Of a stretch of 64,000 nucleotides of DNA, positions 28,587 to 45,340 are shown in pieces. The notes under the pieces are model-generated. The model ran no database searches, had not been told where the DNA came from, and was given only the letters and a program-made list of their open reading frames with translations. A program made the translations under genes and the position numbers. This DNA comes from the human T2T-CHM13v2.0 reference genome, Homo sapiens, in NCBI RefSeq assembly GCF_009914755.1, contig NC_060936.1; one strand, given 5' to 3'. Each line of letters starts with the position of its first letter. Positions within the stretch are counted from its first letter, which is position 1.

Positions 28587-29380
28587 CTGCACCTCAATGG
28601 TCACTGCCAGTAGATTGGAGTTGCCATGAAGGTTAAATTGTTTAACACATCTGCTCTATTGGAAAGAGCTGAAGTTCTATTCTCTCCCTGCTGTGGCTTA
28701 TGGTCTTCTGAAAGACCAGGAAGGTGCCAGTAGGACTCATGGCCCTGCCTGTGAGGAAAGTCAGGCTCACGAGTTTTCACTGTAATCCTGTGAAGTAGGA
28801 ATGGCAAGTTTTAAAAAAATTTTTTCCTGGTTTGCAAATGGAGAAATTGAGGTGGACTGAACTCAAGGCACCATTTTAGGTGCTACAGAGGACACAAAAC
28901 TTACTTAGACATTATTGCAATTCTCAGTATCATTTTCTGGCAGAAGAAAGGCGTTTAAACAACTAACTCTAATACCTAACAGAATGAAATGAAGGTTGTC
29001 AGAGAAGTATGGACAAAATGATCCTGTAAGTCAAAGACAGGAAAAATTAAATCCAACAGGAGGGTCTGGCTGTATTTCATGGGGAACAAGGATGATAACA
29101 GGATAGATTCTTCAGGAAAAAATGATCTGAACATCAGAGAATTAAGAGAAACATTGGGAAAATAGAGCAAGTCATAATTGTTTTTTGTAAAAACATTTCC
29201 TTTATGATTATACTATAAAGAAAAAGATGTCATTTCATGCCATTATATATTTTGGTTGCCAAAATTATTCTCCTCCACCCCACAGAAAAAAAATTTTCTG
29301 GGTTAATTTATTCCTTTTTAGTGCTAAGCATTCCTGCGTAATTGTACATCTATACTATACTTTATATCTAATATTGTAAG

Positions 29381-29716
29381 TGTGTGTGTGTGTGTGTGTG
29401 TGTCTGTGTGTGTGTGTGTATTTCAGACAGGGTCTTTCTCTGTTACCCAGGCTGGAGTTCAGTGGCATGATTACAGCTCACCGCAACTTTGACCTCCCAG
29501 GCTCAAGCAATCTTCCTACCTCAGCTTCCCAAGTACCTGGGGCCACAGGTGCATGCCACCACACTCATTTAATTTTTTAAAAAAAATTTTGTAGAGACAG
29601 GGACTCACTGTGTTTTCCAGGCTGGTCTCAAACTCCTGAGCTCAAGCCATCTTCCTGCCTCAGCCTCCCAAAGTCCAAAGTCCTGGAATTATAGGTGTGA
29701 GCCACTGTGCTCAGCT
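29381..29716 (-). mobile_element. AluJ with (TG)n microsatellite tail
   Basis: (TG)n 29381-29419 followed by antisense J-type Alu. Confidence 0.85.
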
Positions 29717-29954
29717 AAAAAAATTCTGTATTTTAATAAAGTCAGTTTCATAATTTTAGTTTTGTTTTTCAAAATGAACATCCAATCAAACCTATTATAT
29801 TTCACGATTTTACTATAAAATTTAAGACTTTGCTTTTAGTTAATTTATAAGTGACATTTTTCTGCTACCAATTATTTCTGAGTAATAAAATTAATGTATG
29901 AGAATTTACTATCATAGTGTGAATGCTTAATAAATGTTAATCATTTATTATTTT

Positions 29955-31950
29955 AAGTAAAATTGGTGTTTTAGAACAGCTTTAGATTTACAGAAAAATT
30001 ATGAAGATAATACAGAATAGCCATATATAGTAGTCCCCTTTTATCTCTGGGGATGCATTCTAAGACCCCCATGAATGCCTGAAACTGCGGATAGTACCAA
30101 GCCCGATATATAGTTTTTTCCTGTATATACATACCTATGATAAATTTGAATTTATAAATTAGACACAGTAGGAAATCACCAAAAATAATAAAATAGAACA
30201 GTTATAACAATATACTGTCATAAAAGTTATGTGAATGTGGTCTCTCTCTCTCTCTTTCTCTCTCTGTCAAAATACTTAATGTTAATATTTTTGAACCACA
30301 GTTGACTGTAGGTAACTGAAACCATAGAGAGTGAAATTGCAGATAAGGGGGGAACTACTGTATTGGTTACAATTAATGAGCCAATATTGATACATTATTC
30401 TTAATGAATGTCCATACTTTGTTCAGATTTTCTTAGTCTTTATCTAAGGCTTTTTTCTGTTCCAGGATTCCATAGAAGATACCACACTACATTTAGTAGT
30501 CATGTCGCTTTAGGCTCCTCTTGGCTATGACAGTTACTCAGACTTTATTTTCATGACATTTGCAGCTTTAGAGAGCACTGGTCGGGTATTTTGGAGAATG
30601 TCCCTCAACTGGGATGTGTCTAATGTTTTTCTTATGATTATACTGGGATTATGGATTTTGAGAGGAAGGCTGCAGAGATAAAATGTCATTTTCATCACAT
30701 CATATCAAAATTACATGCTATAGACATGGCATTCTTGATGTTAACCCTGATTACCTGGCTAAGGTGGTATTTGTCAGTTATTTCCATTATACATTTACTC
30801 CTTTTTCTCCCTTTCCAAACCTTGCTTTTTGGAAAGCAGTCACTATGCACCACCCACACTTAAGGAGGAGGAAATTATGCTCCACTTCCTTAAAGGCAGA
30901 ATAACTACATAAATCATTTGGAAATCATCTGCATGGAAGATTTGTCTATATCTTTCTTCTTCTCCTCCCCCTCCCCATTTATTTGCTTATTTGTACCAGT
31001 ATGGGCTCATGGATGTTTATTTTATATTTTGGGCTATCATTCAATAGTGCTTTGTTTTAATTGCTCAAATTGTTTCAGCTTTGGACATTGGGAGCTCTTT
31101 CAGTTGATTCTTCTTTCCTTTTAACACATTCTCATTCATGTAAGGATGCTTCTTGTTGATATGGTGCTTCGTTTGTTTGTTTGTTTTGAGCACTTCCTTA
31201 CTTTCTGGCACCATGAGATGCTTCAAGCTCAGCTTGTACATTTCCTGCCCCCATCCTAGACCAACCATTTCTCCAAGGAGCTTTGGTTCTTTCTGTTGGA
31301 GAACAGCATCAGAAACCAGGATCTAGATGCAAGATGTGCTCATTCCTACTCTGTATTGTTGCCTCTAGGCCCCCTTAGCTGACAGAACAAGAAAATATGT
31401 GTGTATGTCAGCCCATGTATATTGATATATCTATAAACATTTCTATATGTAACTATCTACATCGGTATTAAGCTAAACATGAGTTCACACAGATGTCTCC
31501 AACTCTAAATCTGTTGCTACATAGATCATTCTGGCCTCCTCCCCTTACTCATCTGTAACCCCCCAATTTAACAGTGATAAAAGTAGCTTCAAATACCTGG
31601 CATCCATTTCCTTATTTCATTCATGTATACATGTATAGTGGCATCAGAATTGTTAACCAATACCTATCAAATAGAGCACAGTGCTTATGTATAATTTTTT
31701 TGCTTTAGTCATACAGACTTCACTCATTTCCAAAATTACTCAGTTCAGCATCCTTCCCCCAACCCCCTCAGTGAGGTTATTTCATGCATTTGTAATAAGC
31801 TAGGTTATTTTCTCATATTCTGCATTCCATTCAGCCTTCTAAATAATTTTTGTAATTTGCATACATTAACGGTCACTCTTTATGCTCTAAATTTCCATGA
31901 GTTTTGGCAAATGCATGGTATTATATAGTCATATTCACTATGCCACTATT
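29955..31950 (-). mobile_element. Old L1M 3' region (L1MC3-like), interrupted by MER44A
   Basis: ttttagaacagctttagatttacagaaaaatt... L1MC 3' end signature and downstream 3'UTR motifs. Confidence 0.65.
30028..30360. mobile_element. MER44A (Tigger7-derived MITE)
   Basis: TIRs tagtagtccccttttatc / gataaggggggaactactg, TA duplication at both ends. Confidence 0.8.
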
Positions 31951-33104
31951 ATTTTTGTTTAACAAAGATTTATATGGTATTTACTATGGGATAGACCTTA
32001 GTCATTTCATTTCTATAGCAACCTTATTAGACAGATACCATTATCACATAATCTCTGCTTCAGGTACAAAAATTAAAGCATAGAGAGGTTAAGTAACCTC
32101 CTTAAGATCACAAAGCTAGCATGGGTAGACCTGGTTGAAAACCTAGGGCATTTGTCCTCCTAACCATTGTATTGTCCCACTTCCCGGGAGTCATGATTAT
32201 TTCTTCTCCTACTTTACTCTCATGGTTTTCTTCTATTCATTTTTTCCCTCCTGAAAAAATGTTTCTTTTGCTACACACTGAATTTAACTCTTACCTGCTA
32301 CAATTCTTTACTAGCCTTCTCAATTATTAGTGATTTCAGAAATTTTAGGAGTGAAGACAGATAGGAGCACCATGCTGAAATCACCCGACAAAAGCTGACA
32401 GTTACTCTGAAGCTACTAGCATGCTGTTCATGTAAGTGGATGCAGCTGACTTGCCTTTTCTGTTTTGGAATCAAAGGCGATTAAGTATCAAACTTGAAAT
32501 CTAGAGGAAAGGCAATTTTAAAAGTTAATACAACCTTTCAGTCTTTTGCAAATGGTTTTCCTTTCCCTACCATTCTCAGGAAAAAAAAGAAAAGAAAAAA
32601 GAAAGAAAGAAAAACTCAAAAGTAGCCTATCTCTTTTAGAAACTCTAGAAGCTGTTGAAAAGTGGATCATATTTTGGAGAACTGGATTCTAATCACCTCT
32701 ACGTATATTTGGGAGAAGACAGTGCCTATGTTGGAAATATTCATAAAAACTTTCAAGGTGATACAAGATCTGGATAAGAAGCTTTCACTATTCTCTTCTC
32801 AATGGATTTAGAGCAAAAATATAAGTTAAAAGAGTAGGCAAATTTATCCAAGCAAATATCACAGGGGTATTAAGAAAGAAGGTCATCCAATTAACTAATT
32901 ACTTCTTACATATCCTGGCATACTAATCAAAATCAGTTGCTATCAGAAATCTGGGCTCAGAGAAAGCAGGCAATCCAAGTTGGAAATTCACTTGGCTTTT
33001 AAAATCTCAAAAGGCATCATTCACATGTGATGGCTATGGTACAACTAAATATTGACATGATATTTCTTGGAATTTGAAGACATTTTGCTTTTCATTGTAC
33101 TCCC

Positions 33105-33316
33105 TATCCCTTCCTTGTTTCAGTCCTGTGTACATGTATAGTGATATCAGAATTGTCAGCCAATACTGAACTTGATCAGATACAGCACAGTGCTTATGTA
33201 CAGTTTCTTTTACTCTAGTCTTAGAGCCTCCACTCATTTTCAAAATTATGTGGTTCAACACCCTTCCCCAACCCTTTCAGTGAGGTTGTTTCATACATTT
33301 GTAATACAGCAGGTTG
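33105..33316 (-). mobile_element. Second L1MC3-like 3'UTR fragment, homologous to about 31600-31806
   Basis: Shared blocks catgtatagtg, atcagaattgt, gcacagtgcttatgta, cagtgaggtt, catttgtaata. Confidence 0.6.
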
Positions 33317-34790
33317 TGAAAATTATGTGGCCAATTGGCAGCATAATTTCCTGAAACTTCAGGGAAAAGTTCCAATGGATAAAAAGGTGAAGGGAATTAA
33401 TGTCTATTGAGTGTTTATTAGGTACTCAACAATTTTTATGTATGTTCCATTTAAACCTCATAACAACCTCATAGAGATCTTGTAGACCAACTAAGGAACT
33501 TATTGTTATTTTTAATGTAAAAGGAAGCTGTTAGATGTAAAAAAACACGAGACTATGGGAGATACTCAGTTTCTTTCCCACACCTGCAGATGGTAGAGTT
33601 AGGACTGGAACTCAGGCTTTAAGTTTTTTAGCTTCATATTCATTTGTTTCACAACATCTGTCATTAACCTCTGAGGTCCTGCACCGGTTCTCACCGGATC
33701 CTCCCACCGCCAAGCTGGTGGGAAATAGGTATAAGTAGTGAGAAGGCAGTTATATGGAAGAACAGTAAGAGAGAGAGGAGGAGGGTACAAGGTAATGAAG
33801 TCTAAGCAGGACACTGGCAGGCCAGGGAAGACTTGAAGAGGAGCCCATACATGGATAGGTTGACTTAAGGTCCCCAGTTTAATTCCAAGTTACTCTTCTT
33901 TTAGATCCAGTTCATGGAAAGTTTCCAAATGCCCATTAGGGGGTATCTCCCTTCCACTGGAGGCGTCATGCTAACCAGAGACCTGAGGTGTTCCAGACTT
34001 TCTTCAGCATGGCAATATTTCCTGTCTTTGGCCTATTTTCCTTGGGCCAAGCTCCTTAAAGGTCTTGGCTTCTCTGCCAAAGAGACCTGGGATCATCAGG
34101 CAATAATCCTCCAATTTATTGCCCCTGTTCTACATTCCTGATCCATGACTATTTGCAGACCTTGGGACCAGCTTTCCAAAACCCAGCATAAGCTGCTTTA
34201 ATTTTATCATTGTCCTATAATTTCATGGAAATGGCTGCTGCAAAGCCAACAAATGACTAATAAAATCCCTCAGCCCACTCATTTTTAATGTCATTCTGGA
34301 ACTCCAGAACAGAGACCATCTGGTTACAGTGCTTACTTTAATATAAAAGAGGAGCTGAATTGAAAATCATATTTCTGAGAGAACACTGAAACAAGTTATC
34401 TGTTTGTAAACCCAAAGCACCGCACAACAAGTCAAATGTTTCCTTGAGCAGTGATAAAATACTCTAGGTGCTACATACTCAACTTTGTCTGTATACACAC
34501 ACACACAAGCAGACACACATGATAGACAAACATCAGTCAACACTCTACCATTAATAATTGTTCCATTCATTGAGTATTATCCTTGTGCCAGGCAATGTAC
34601 AAAACACCCCGGATTATTTTGCAAGAGTACTATTAGCACTGTTAGTATATTCATTTTATAGGTGAAATAAATAGAGGATAAGTAAACTTGCTCGAAGTCA
34701 CACAGCTAGTAAATAACAAGGCCAGGCTCAGGACCAAGGTCCATCAGTTTAGTTTCTACACATGTGCCCTGAGCAACTGAGTTGTTTGAC

Positions 34791-34792
<2 letters not shown>

Positions 34793-34829
<37 letters not shown>
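34793..34829. repeat. (TG)n microsatellite
   Basis: Perfect TG run. Confidence 0.95.
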
Positions 34830-34832
<3 letters not shown>

Positions 34833-35490
34833 GATTACCCCAAGCAATAACTAATTTTTCAACTAGGTGAAATAAGTTTTTTTTAATTTTAAATTGTTTT
34901 AAATTGTGGAATAATTTTATTTATTTATTTTTATTTTCATAGGTTATTGGGGAACAGTTAATGTTTGGTTATGTGAGTCAGTTTTTTAGTGGTGACTTGT
35001 GAGATTTTGGTGCACCCATTATCGCAGCATTATACACTGCACCATATTTGTAGTCTTTTATTCTTCACCCCCTTCCCACCCTTTCCTCCTGAGTCCCCAA
35101 AGTCCATTTTGTCATTCTTATGCCTTTGCATCCTCATAGCTTAGTTCCCACTTACTAGTGAGAAGATGTGATGTTTGGTTTTCCATCCCTGAGTTACTTC
35201 ACTTAGAGTAATAGTCTCCAATATCATCCAGGTTGATGCAAATGCCATTAATTCATTTTTTATGGCTGAGTAGTATTCCATATGTACCAGTTTCTTTATT
35301 GACTCATTGACTGATGGGCATTTGGGTTGGTTCCACGTTTTTGCAATTGCGAATTGTGCTGCTATAAACATGAGTGTGGAGGTATCTTTTTTTATAATGA
35401 CTTCTTTTCCTCTGGGTAGATACCCAGTAGTGGGACTGCTGGATCAAATGTTAGTTCTACTTTTAGTTCTTTAAGAATTCTCCACTTCCC

Positions 35491-36389
35491 GAGCCAAGAT
35501 GGCCGAATAGGAACAGCTCCGGTCTACAGCTCCCAGCGTGAGCGACGCAGAAGACGGGTGATTTCTGCATTTCCATCTGAGGTACTGGGTTCATCTCACT
35601 AGGGAGTGCCAGACAGTGGGCGCAGGCCAGTGTGTGCGCGCACCGTGCACGAGCCGAAGCAGGGCGAGGCATTGCCTCACCTGGGAAGCGCAAGGGGTCA
35701 GGGAGTTCCCTTTCCGAGTCAAAGAAAGGGGTGACGGACGCACCTGGAAAATCGGGTCACTCCCACCCGAATATTGCGTTTTTCAGACCGGCTTAAAAAA
35801 CGGCGCACCACGAGACTATATCCCACACCTGGCTCAGAGGGTCCTACGCCCACGGAATCTCGCTGATTGCTAGCACAGCAGTCTGAGATCAAACTGCAAG
35901 GCGGCAACGAGGCTGGGGGAGGGGCGCCCGCCATTGCCCAGGCTTGCTTAGGTAAACAAAGCAGCTGGGAAGCTCGAACTGGGTGGAGCCCACCATAGCT
36001 CAAGGAGGCCTGCCTGCCTCTGTAGGCTCCACCTCTGGGGGCAGGGCACAGACAAACAAAAAGACAGCAGTAACCTCTGCAGACTTAAGTGTCCCTGTCT
36101 GACATATTTGAAGAGCGCAGTGGTTCTCCCAGCACGCAGCTGGAGATCTGAGAACGGGCAGACTGCCTCCTCAAGTGGGTCCCTGACCCCTGACCCCCGA
36201 GCAGCCTAACTGGGAGGCACCCCCCAGCAGGGGCACACTGACACCTCACACGGCAGGGTATTCCAACAGACCTGCAGCTGAGAGTCCTGTCTGTTAGAAG
36301 GAAAACTAACAACCAGAAAGGACATCTACACCGAAAACCCATGTGTACATCACCATCATCAAAGACCAAAAGTAGATAAAACCACAAAG
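35491..36389 (+). promoter_or_regulatory. L1 5'UTR internal sense promoter / antisense promoter (CpG-rich)
   Basis: YY1 site aagatggcc 35496-35504, sense RUNX site (ccatctgaggta) intact, SOX aacaaa motifs at about 35955 and 36055. Confidence 0.88.
35719..35934 (-). CDS. L1 ORF0 (71 aa, antisense)
   Basis: ATG at 35934; MAGAPPPASLPPCSLISDCCASNQRDSVGVGPSEPG...RHPFL matches primate L1 ORF0. Confidence 0.85.
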   Translation of the reverse strand: MAGAPPPASLPPCSLISDCCASNQRDSVGVGPSEPGVGYSLVVRRFLSRSEKRNIRVGVTRFSRCVRHPFL

Positions 36390-37406
36390 ATGGGGAAAAA
36401 ACAGAACAGAAAAACTGGAAACTCTAAAACGCAGAGCGCCTCTCCTCCTCCAAAGGAACGCTGTTCCTCACCAGCAACGGAACAAAGCTGGATGGAGAAT
36501 GATTTTGACGAGCTGAGAGAAGAAGGCTTCAGACGATCAAATTACTCTGAGCTACGGGAGGACATTCAAACCAAAGGCAAAGAAGTTGAAAACTTTGAAA
36601 AAAATTTAGAAGAATGTATAACTAGAATAACCAATACAGAGAAGTGCTTAAAGGAGCTGATGGAGCTGAAAACCAAGGCTCGAGAACTACGTGAAGAATG
36701 CAGAAGCCTCAGGAGCCGATGCGATCAACTGGAAGAAAGGGTATCAGCAATGGAAGATGAAATGAATGAAATGAAGCAAGAAGGGAAGTTTAGAGAAAAA
36801 AGAATAAAAAGAAATGAGCAAAGCCTCCAAGAAATATGGGACTATGTGAAAAGACCAAATCTACGTCTGATTGGTGTACCTGAAAGTGATGTGGAGAATG
36901 GAACCAAGTTGGAAAACACTCTGCAGGATATTATCCAGGAGAACTTCCCCAATCTAGCAAGGCAGGCCAACGTTCAGATTCAGGAAATACAGAGAACGCC
37001 ACAAAGATACTCCTCGAGAAGAGCAACTCCAAGACACATAATTGTCAGATTCACCAAAGTTGAAATGAAGGAAAAAATGTTAAGGGCAGCCAGAGAGAAA
37101 GGTCGGGTTACCCTCAAAGGAAAGCCCATCAGACTAACAGCGGATCTCTCGGCAGAAACCCTACAAACCAGAAGAGAGTGGGGGACAATATTCAACATTC
37201 TTAAAGAAAAGAATTTTCAACCCAGAATTTCATATCCAGCCAAACTAAGCTTCATAAGTGAAGGAGAAATAAAATACTTTATAGACAAGCAAATGCTGAG
37301 AGATTTTGTCACCACCAGGCCTGCCCTAAAAGAGCTCCTGAAGGAAGCGCTAAACATGGAAAGGAACAACCGGTACCAGCCGCTGCAAAATCATGCCAAA
37401 ATGTAA
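36390..37406 (+). CDS. L1 ORF1p RNA-binding protein (338 aa)
   Basis: Canonical length; coiled coil, RRM and CTD; REKG, RR261-262 and YPAKLS motifs present. Confidence 0.97.
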   Translation: MGKKQNRKTGNSKTQSASPPPKERCSSPATEQSWMENDFDELREEGFRRSNYSELREDIQTKGKEVENFEKNLEECITRITNTEKCLKELMELKTKARELREECRSLRSRCDQLEERVSAMEDEMNEMKQEGKFREKRIKRNEQSLQEIWDYVKRPNLRLIGVPESDVENGTKLENTLQDIIQENFPNLARQANVQIQEIQRTPQRYSSRRATPRHIIVRFTKVEMKEKMLRAAREKGRVTLKGKPIRLTADLSAETLQTRREWGTIFNILKEKNFQPRISYPAKLSFISEGEIKYFIDKQMLRDFVTTRPALKELLKEALNMERNNRYQPLQNHAKM

Positions 37407-37442
37407 AGACCATCGAGACTAGGAAGAAACTGCATCAACTAA

Positions 37443-41297
<3,855 letters not shown>

Positions 41298-44141
41298 ACA
41301 ATGAGATCACATGGACACAGGAAGGGGAATATCACACTCTGGGGACTGTGGTGGGGTGGGGGGAGGGGGGAGGGATAGCATTGGGAGATATACCTAATGC
41401 TAGATGACACGTTAGTGGGTGCAGTGCACCAGCATGGCACATGTATACATATGTAACTAACCTGCACAATGTGCACATGTACCCTAAAACTTAAAGTACA
41501 ATTAAAAAAAAAAAAAAGAATTCTCCACATTGTATTCCATAGCGATTGTACTAGTTTACATTCCCACCAGCAGTGTAGAAGTGCTCCCTGTTCACTGCAT
41601 CCATGCCAACATCTACTGTATTTTTATTTTTTGATTATGGCCATTGTAGCAGGAGTAAGGTGGTATCACATTGTGATTTTGATTTGCATTTCCCTGATCA
41701 TTAGTGATGCTGAGCATTTTTTCATATGTTTGTTGATCATTTGTACATCTTCTTTTTGAGAATTTTCTATTCATGTCCTTAGCCCACTTTTGATGGGATT
41801 GTTTGTTTTTTGCTTGTTGATTTGAGTTTATTTTAGATTCTGGATATTAGTCCTTTTTCATATGTATATATTGTGAAGATTTTTTCCACTCTGTGGGTTG
41901 TCTGTTTACTCTGGTGACTGTTCCTTTTGCCGTGCAAAAGCTCTTTAGTTTAAGTCCCAGCAATTTATCTTTGTTTTTATTGCATTTGTTTTTGGTTCCT
42001 TGGTTATGAACTCCTTGCCTAAGCTAATGTCTAGAAGGGTTTTTCCAATGTTATCTTCTAGGGTTTTTATAGTTTCAGGTCTTAGATTTAAGTCCTTAAT
42101 CCATCCTGAGTTGATTTTTGTATAAGATGAGAGATGAGGATCCAGTTTCAGTCTCCTACATGTGGCTAGCCAATTATCCCAGTAACATTTGTTGAAAAGG
42201 GTGTCCTTTCCCCACTTTATGTTTTTGTTTGCTTTGTTGAAGATCAGTTAGCTATAAGTATTTGTGTTTATTTCTGGGTTCTCTATTTTGTTCCACTGGT
42301 CTATGTGCCTATTTTTATGCCAGCACCATGCTGTTTTGGTGACTATGACCTTATAGTATAGTTTGAAGTTGGAGAATGTGATGCCTCCAGATTTTTTCTT
42401 TTTGCTTAGTCTTGCTTTGGCTATGGGGGCTCTTTTTTGGTTCCATATGAATTTTAGAGTTGTTTTTTCTAATTCTGTGAAAAATTATAGTGGTATTTTG
42501 ATGGGAATTGCATTTAATTTATAGATTGCTTTTGGCAATATGGTTATTTTCACAATATTGATTCTACCCATTCATGAGCATGGGATATGTTTCCATTTGT
42601 TTGTGACTTCTGTGATTTATTTCATCAGTGTTTTGTAGTTTTCCTTGTAGAGGTCTTTCACCTCCTTGGTTAGGTATATTCCTAAGTATTTAATTATTTT
42701 GCAGCTATTGTAAAAGGGGTTGAGTTTTTGATTGATTCTCAGCTTGGTCACTGTTGGTGTATAGAAGAGCTACTGATTTGTGTACACTAATTTTGTATCC
42801 AGAAACTTTGCTGAATTCTTTTATCAGTTCTAGGAGCTTTCTGGAAGAATCTGTAGTGTTTTCTAGGTAAATAATCATATCATCAGCAAACAGTGACAGT
42901 TTGATTTCCTTTTTACCGATTTGGATGCCCTTTATTTCTTTCTCTTGTCTGATTGCTCTGGCTAGGACTTCCAGTACAATGCTGAAAAGGAGTGGTGACA
43001 GTGGGCATCCTTGTCTTGTGCCAGTTCTCAGAGGGAATGCTTTCAACTTTTCCCCATTCACTATGATGTTTGCTGTGGGTTTGTTATAGACAGTTTTTAT
43101 TATATTGAGGTATGTCCCCTGTATGCCAATTTTGCTGAGAGTTTTAATCATAAAGGGATGCTGGATTTTGTAGAATGCTTTTTCTGCATCTATTGAGATG
43201 ATCATGTGATTTTTGTTTTTAATTCTGTTTATGTGGTGTGTCACATTTATTGACTTGGTATATTAAACCATCCCTGCATCCCTGGTATGAAACCCTCTTA
43301 ATTATGATGGATTATCTTTTTTATATGTTGTTGGATTCAGTTAGCTAGTATTTTGTCAAGGATTTTAGCATCTATGTTCATCAGGGATATTGGTCTGTAG
43401 TTTTCTTTCTTGGTTATGTCCTTTCCTGGTTTAGGTATTAGGGTGATGCTGGCTTTATAGAATGATTTAGGGAGGGTTTCCTCTTTCTCTATCTTGTGCA
43501 AGAGTGTCAATAGGATGAGTAACAATTCTTCTTTGAATGTCTGGTAGAAATCTGCTGGACTTTTTTTATTGGTAATTTTTAAATTACCATTCAATCTTGC
43601 TGCTTGTTATTGGTCAGGGTATCAAATTCTTCCTGATTTAAGCTAGGAGGGTTGTATCTTTCCAGGAATTTATCCATATCTTCTAGGTTTTCTAGTTTAT
43701 GCACATAAAGGTGTTCATAATAGCCTTGAATGATCTTTTGTATTTCTGTGGTGTCAGATATAATAAATCCCATTTCATTTATTAGTGAGGTTATTTGGAT
43801 TTTCTCTCCTCTGTTCTTTGTTAATCTTGCTAATAGTCTATCAATTTTATTTATCTTTTCAAGGAATGAGTTTTTTGTTTCACTTGTCTTTTGCATTTTT
43901 TTGTTTGATTCTTTCAATTTCATTTAGTTCTGCTCTTTCCTTTCTTCTGCTGGGTTTGGGTTTGGTTTGTTCTTGTTTCTCCAGTTCCTTGAGGTGTGAC
44001 CTTATATTTTCTGTTTGTGCTCTTTCAAACTTTATGATGTAGGCGTTTAGGGCTATAAACTTTCCTTTTAGCACAACCTTTGCTGTGTCCCAGAGGTTTT
44101 GATAGGTTGTGTCACTATTGTTCAGTCTGAAGAATTTTTAA

Positions 44142-44461
<320 letters not shown>

Positions 44462-45340
44462 TCATTTTTGAGCTTATAATCATTCAGGAGCAGGTTATTT
44501 AATTTCCACATATTTGCATGGTTTTGAAGGGTCCTTTGGAGTTGATTTCCAGTTTTATTTCACTGTGGCCTGAGAGAGTGCCTGGTGTAATTCCAACCTT
44601 CATAAATGTATTGAGGCTTGCTTTGTGGCCTATTATACGGTCTATCTTGGAGAAAATTGCATGCACTGTTGAATAGAATGTATATTCTGCAGTTGTTGGA
44701 TGGAATGTTCTGTATATATCTGTTGTCTATTTGTTCTAGGGTATAGTTTAAATCCATTGTTTCTTTGTTGACTTCCTGTCTTGATGACCTGTCTAGTACT
44801 CTCAGTGGAGTATTGAAGTCCATGACTATTATTATACTGCTTTCTATCTCATTTCTTAGGTCTATTAGTAATTGTTTTATAAACTTGGGAGCTCCAGTGT
44901 TAGGTGCATATATGTTTAGGATTGTGATATTTTCCTGTTGGACAAGGCCTTTTATCATTATATAATACCCCTCTTTGTCTTTTTTAACCACTGTTGCTTT
45001 AAAGTTTGTTTTGTTTGAGATAAGAAATAACTACTCTTGCTCACTTCTGGTGCCTATTTGCCTGCAATGTCTTTTTCTATCCCTTTATATTAAATTTGTG
45101 TGAGTCCTTATGTGTTAAGTGAATCTTTTGAAGGCAGCAGATAGTTGGTTGGTGAATTCTTATCCATTATGCAATTTTGTATATTTTAAGTGGAGCATTT
45201 AAGCCATTTACATTCAATGTCAGTATTGAGATTGAGGTACCATTCCATTCACCTTGCTATTTGTTGCTTGTATACCTTGTTGTTTTTTTTTTTGTTTTGT
45301 TTTTTTAAATTGTATTTTTGTTTTGTAGGTCCTAGGAGAT

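Noticed and set aside
35463-35693. 76-aa antisense ORF crossing the L1HS/L1PB junction
   Set aside because: Generic antisense frame of the L1 5'UTR with a non-ATG start that stops a few codons past the junction; not a meaningful fusion.
35719-36003. 94-aa N-terminally extended ORF0
   Set aside because: The extension starts at TTG; the recognised ORF0 begins at the ATG at 35934.
42705-43244. Second RT ORF as a functional gene
   Set aside because: Fragment of the frameshifted, interrupted L1PB ORF2.
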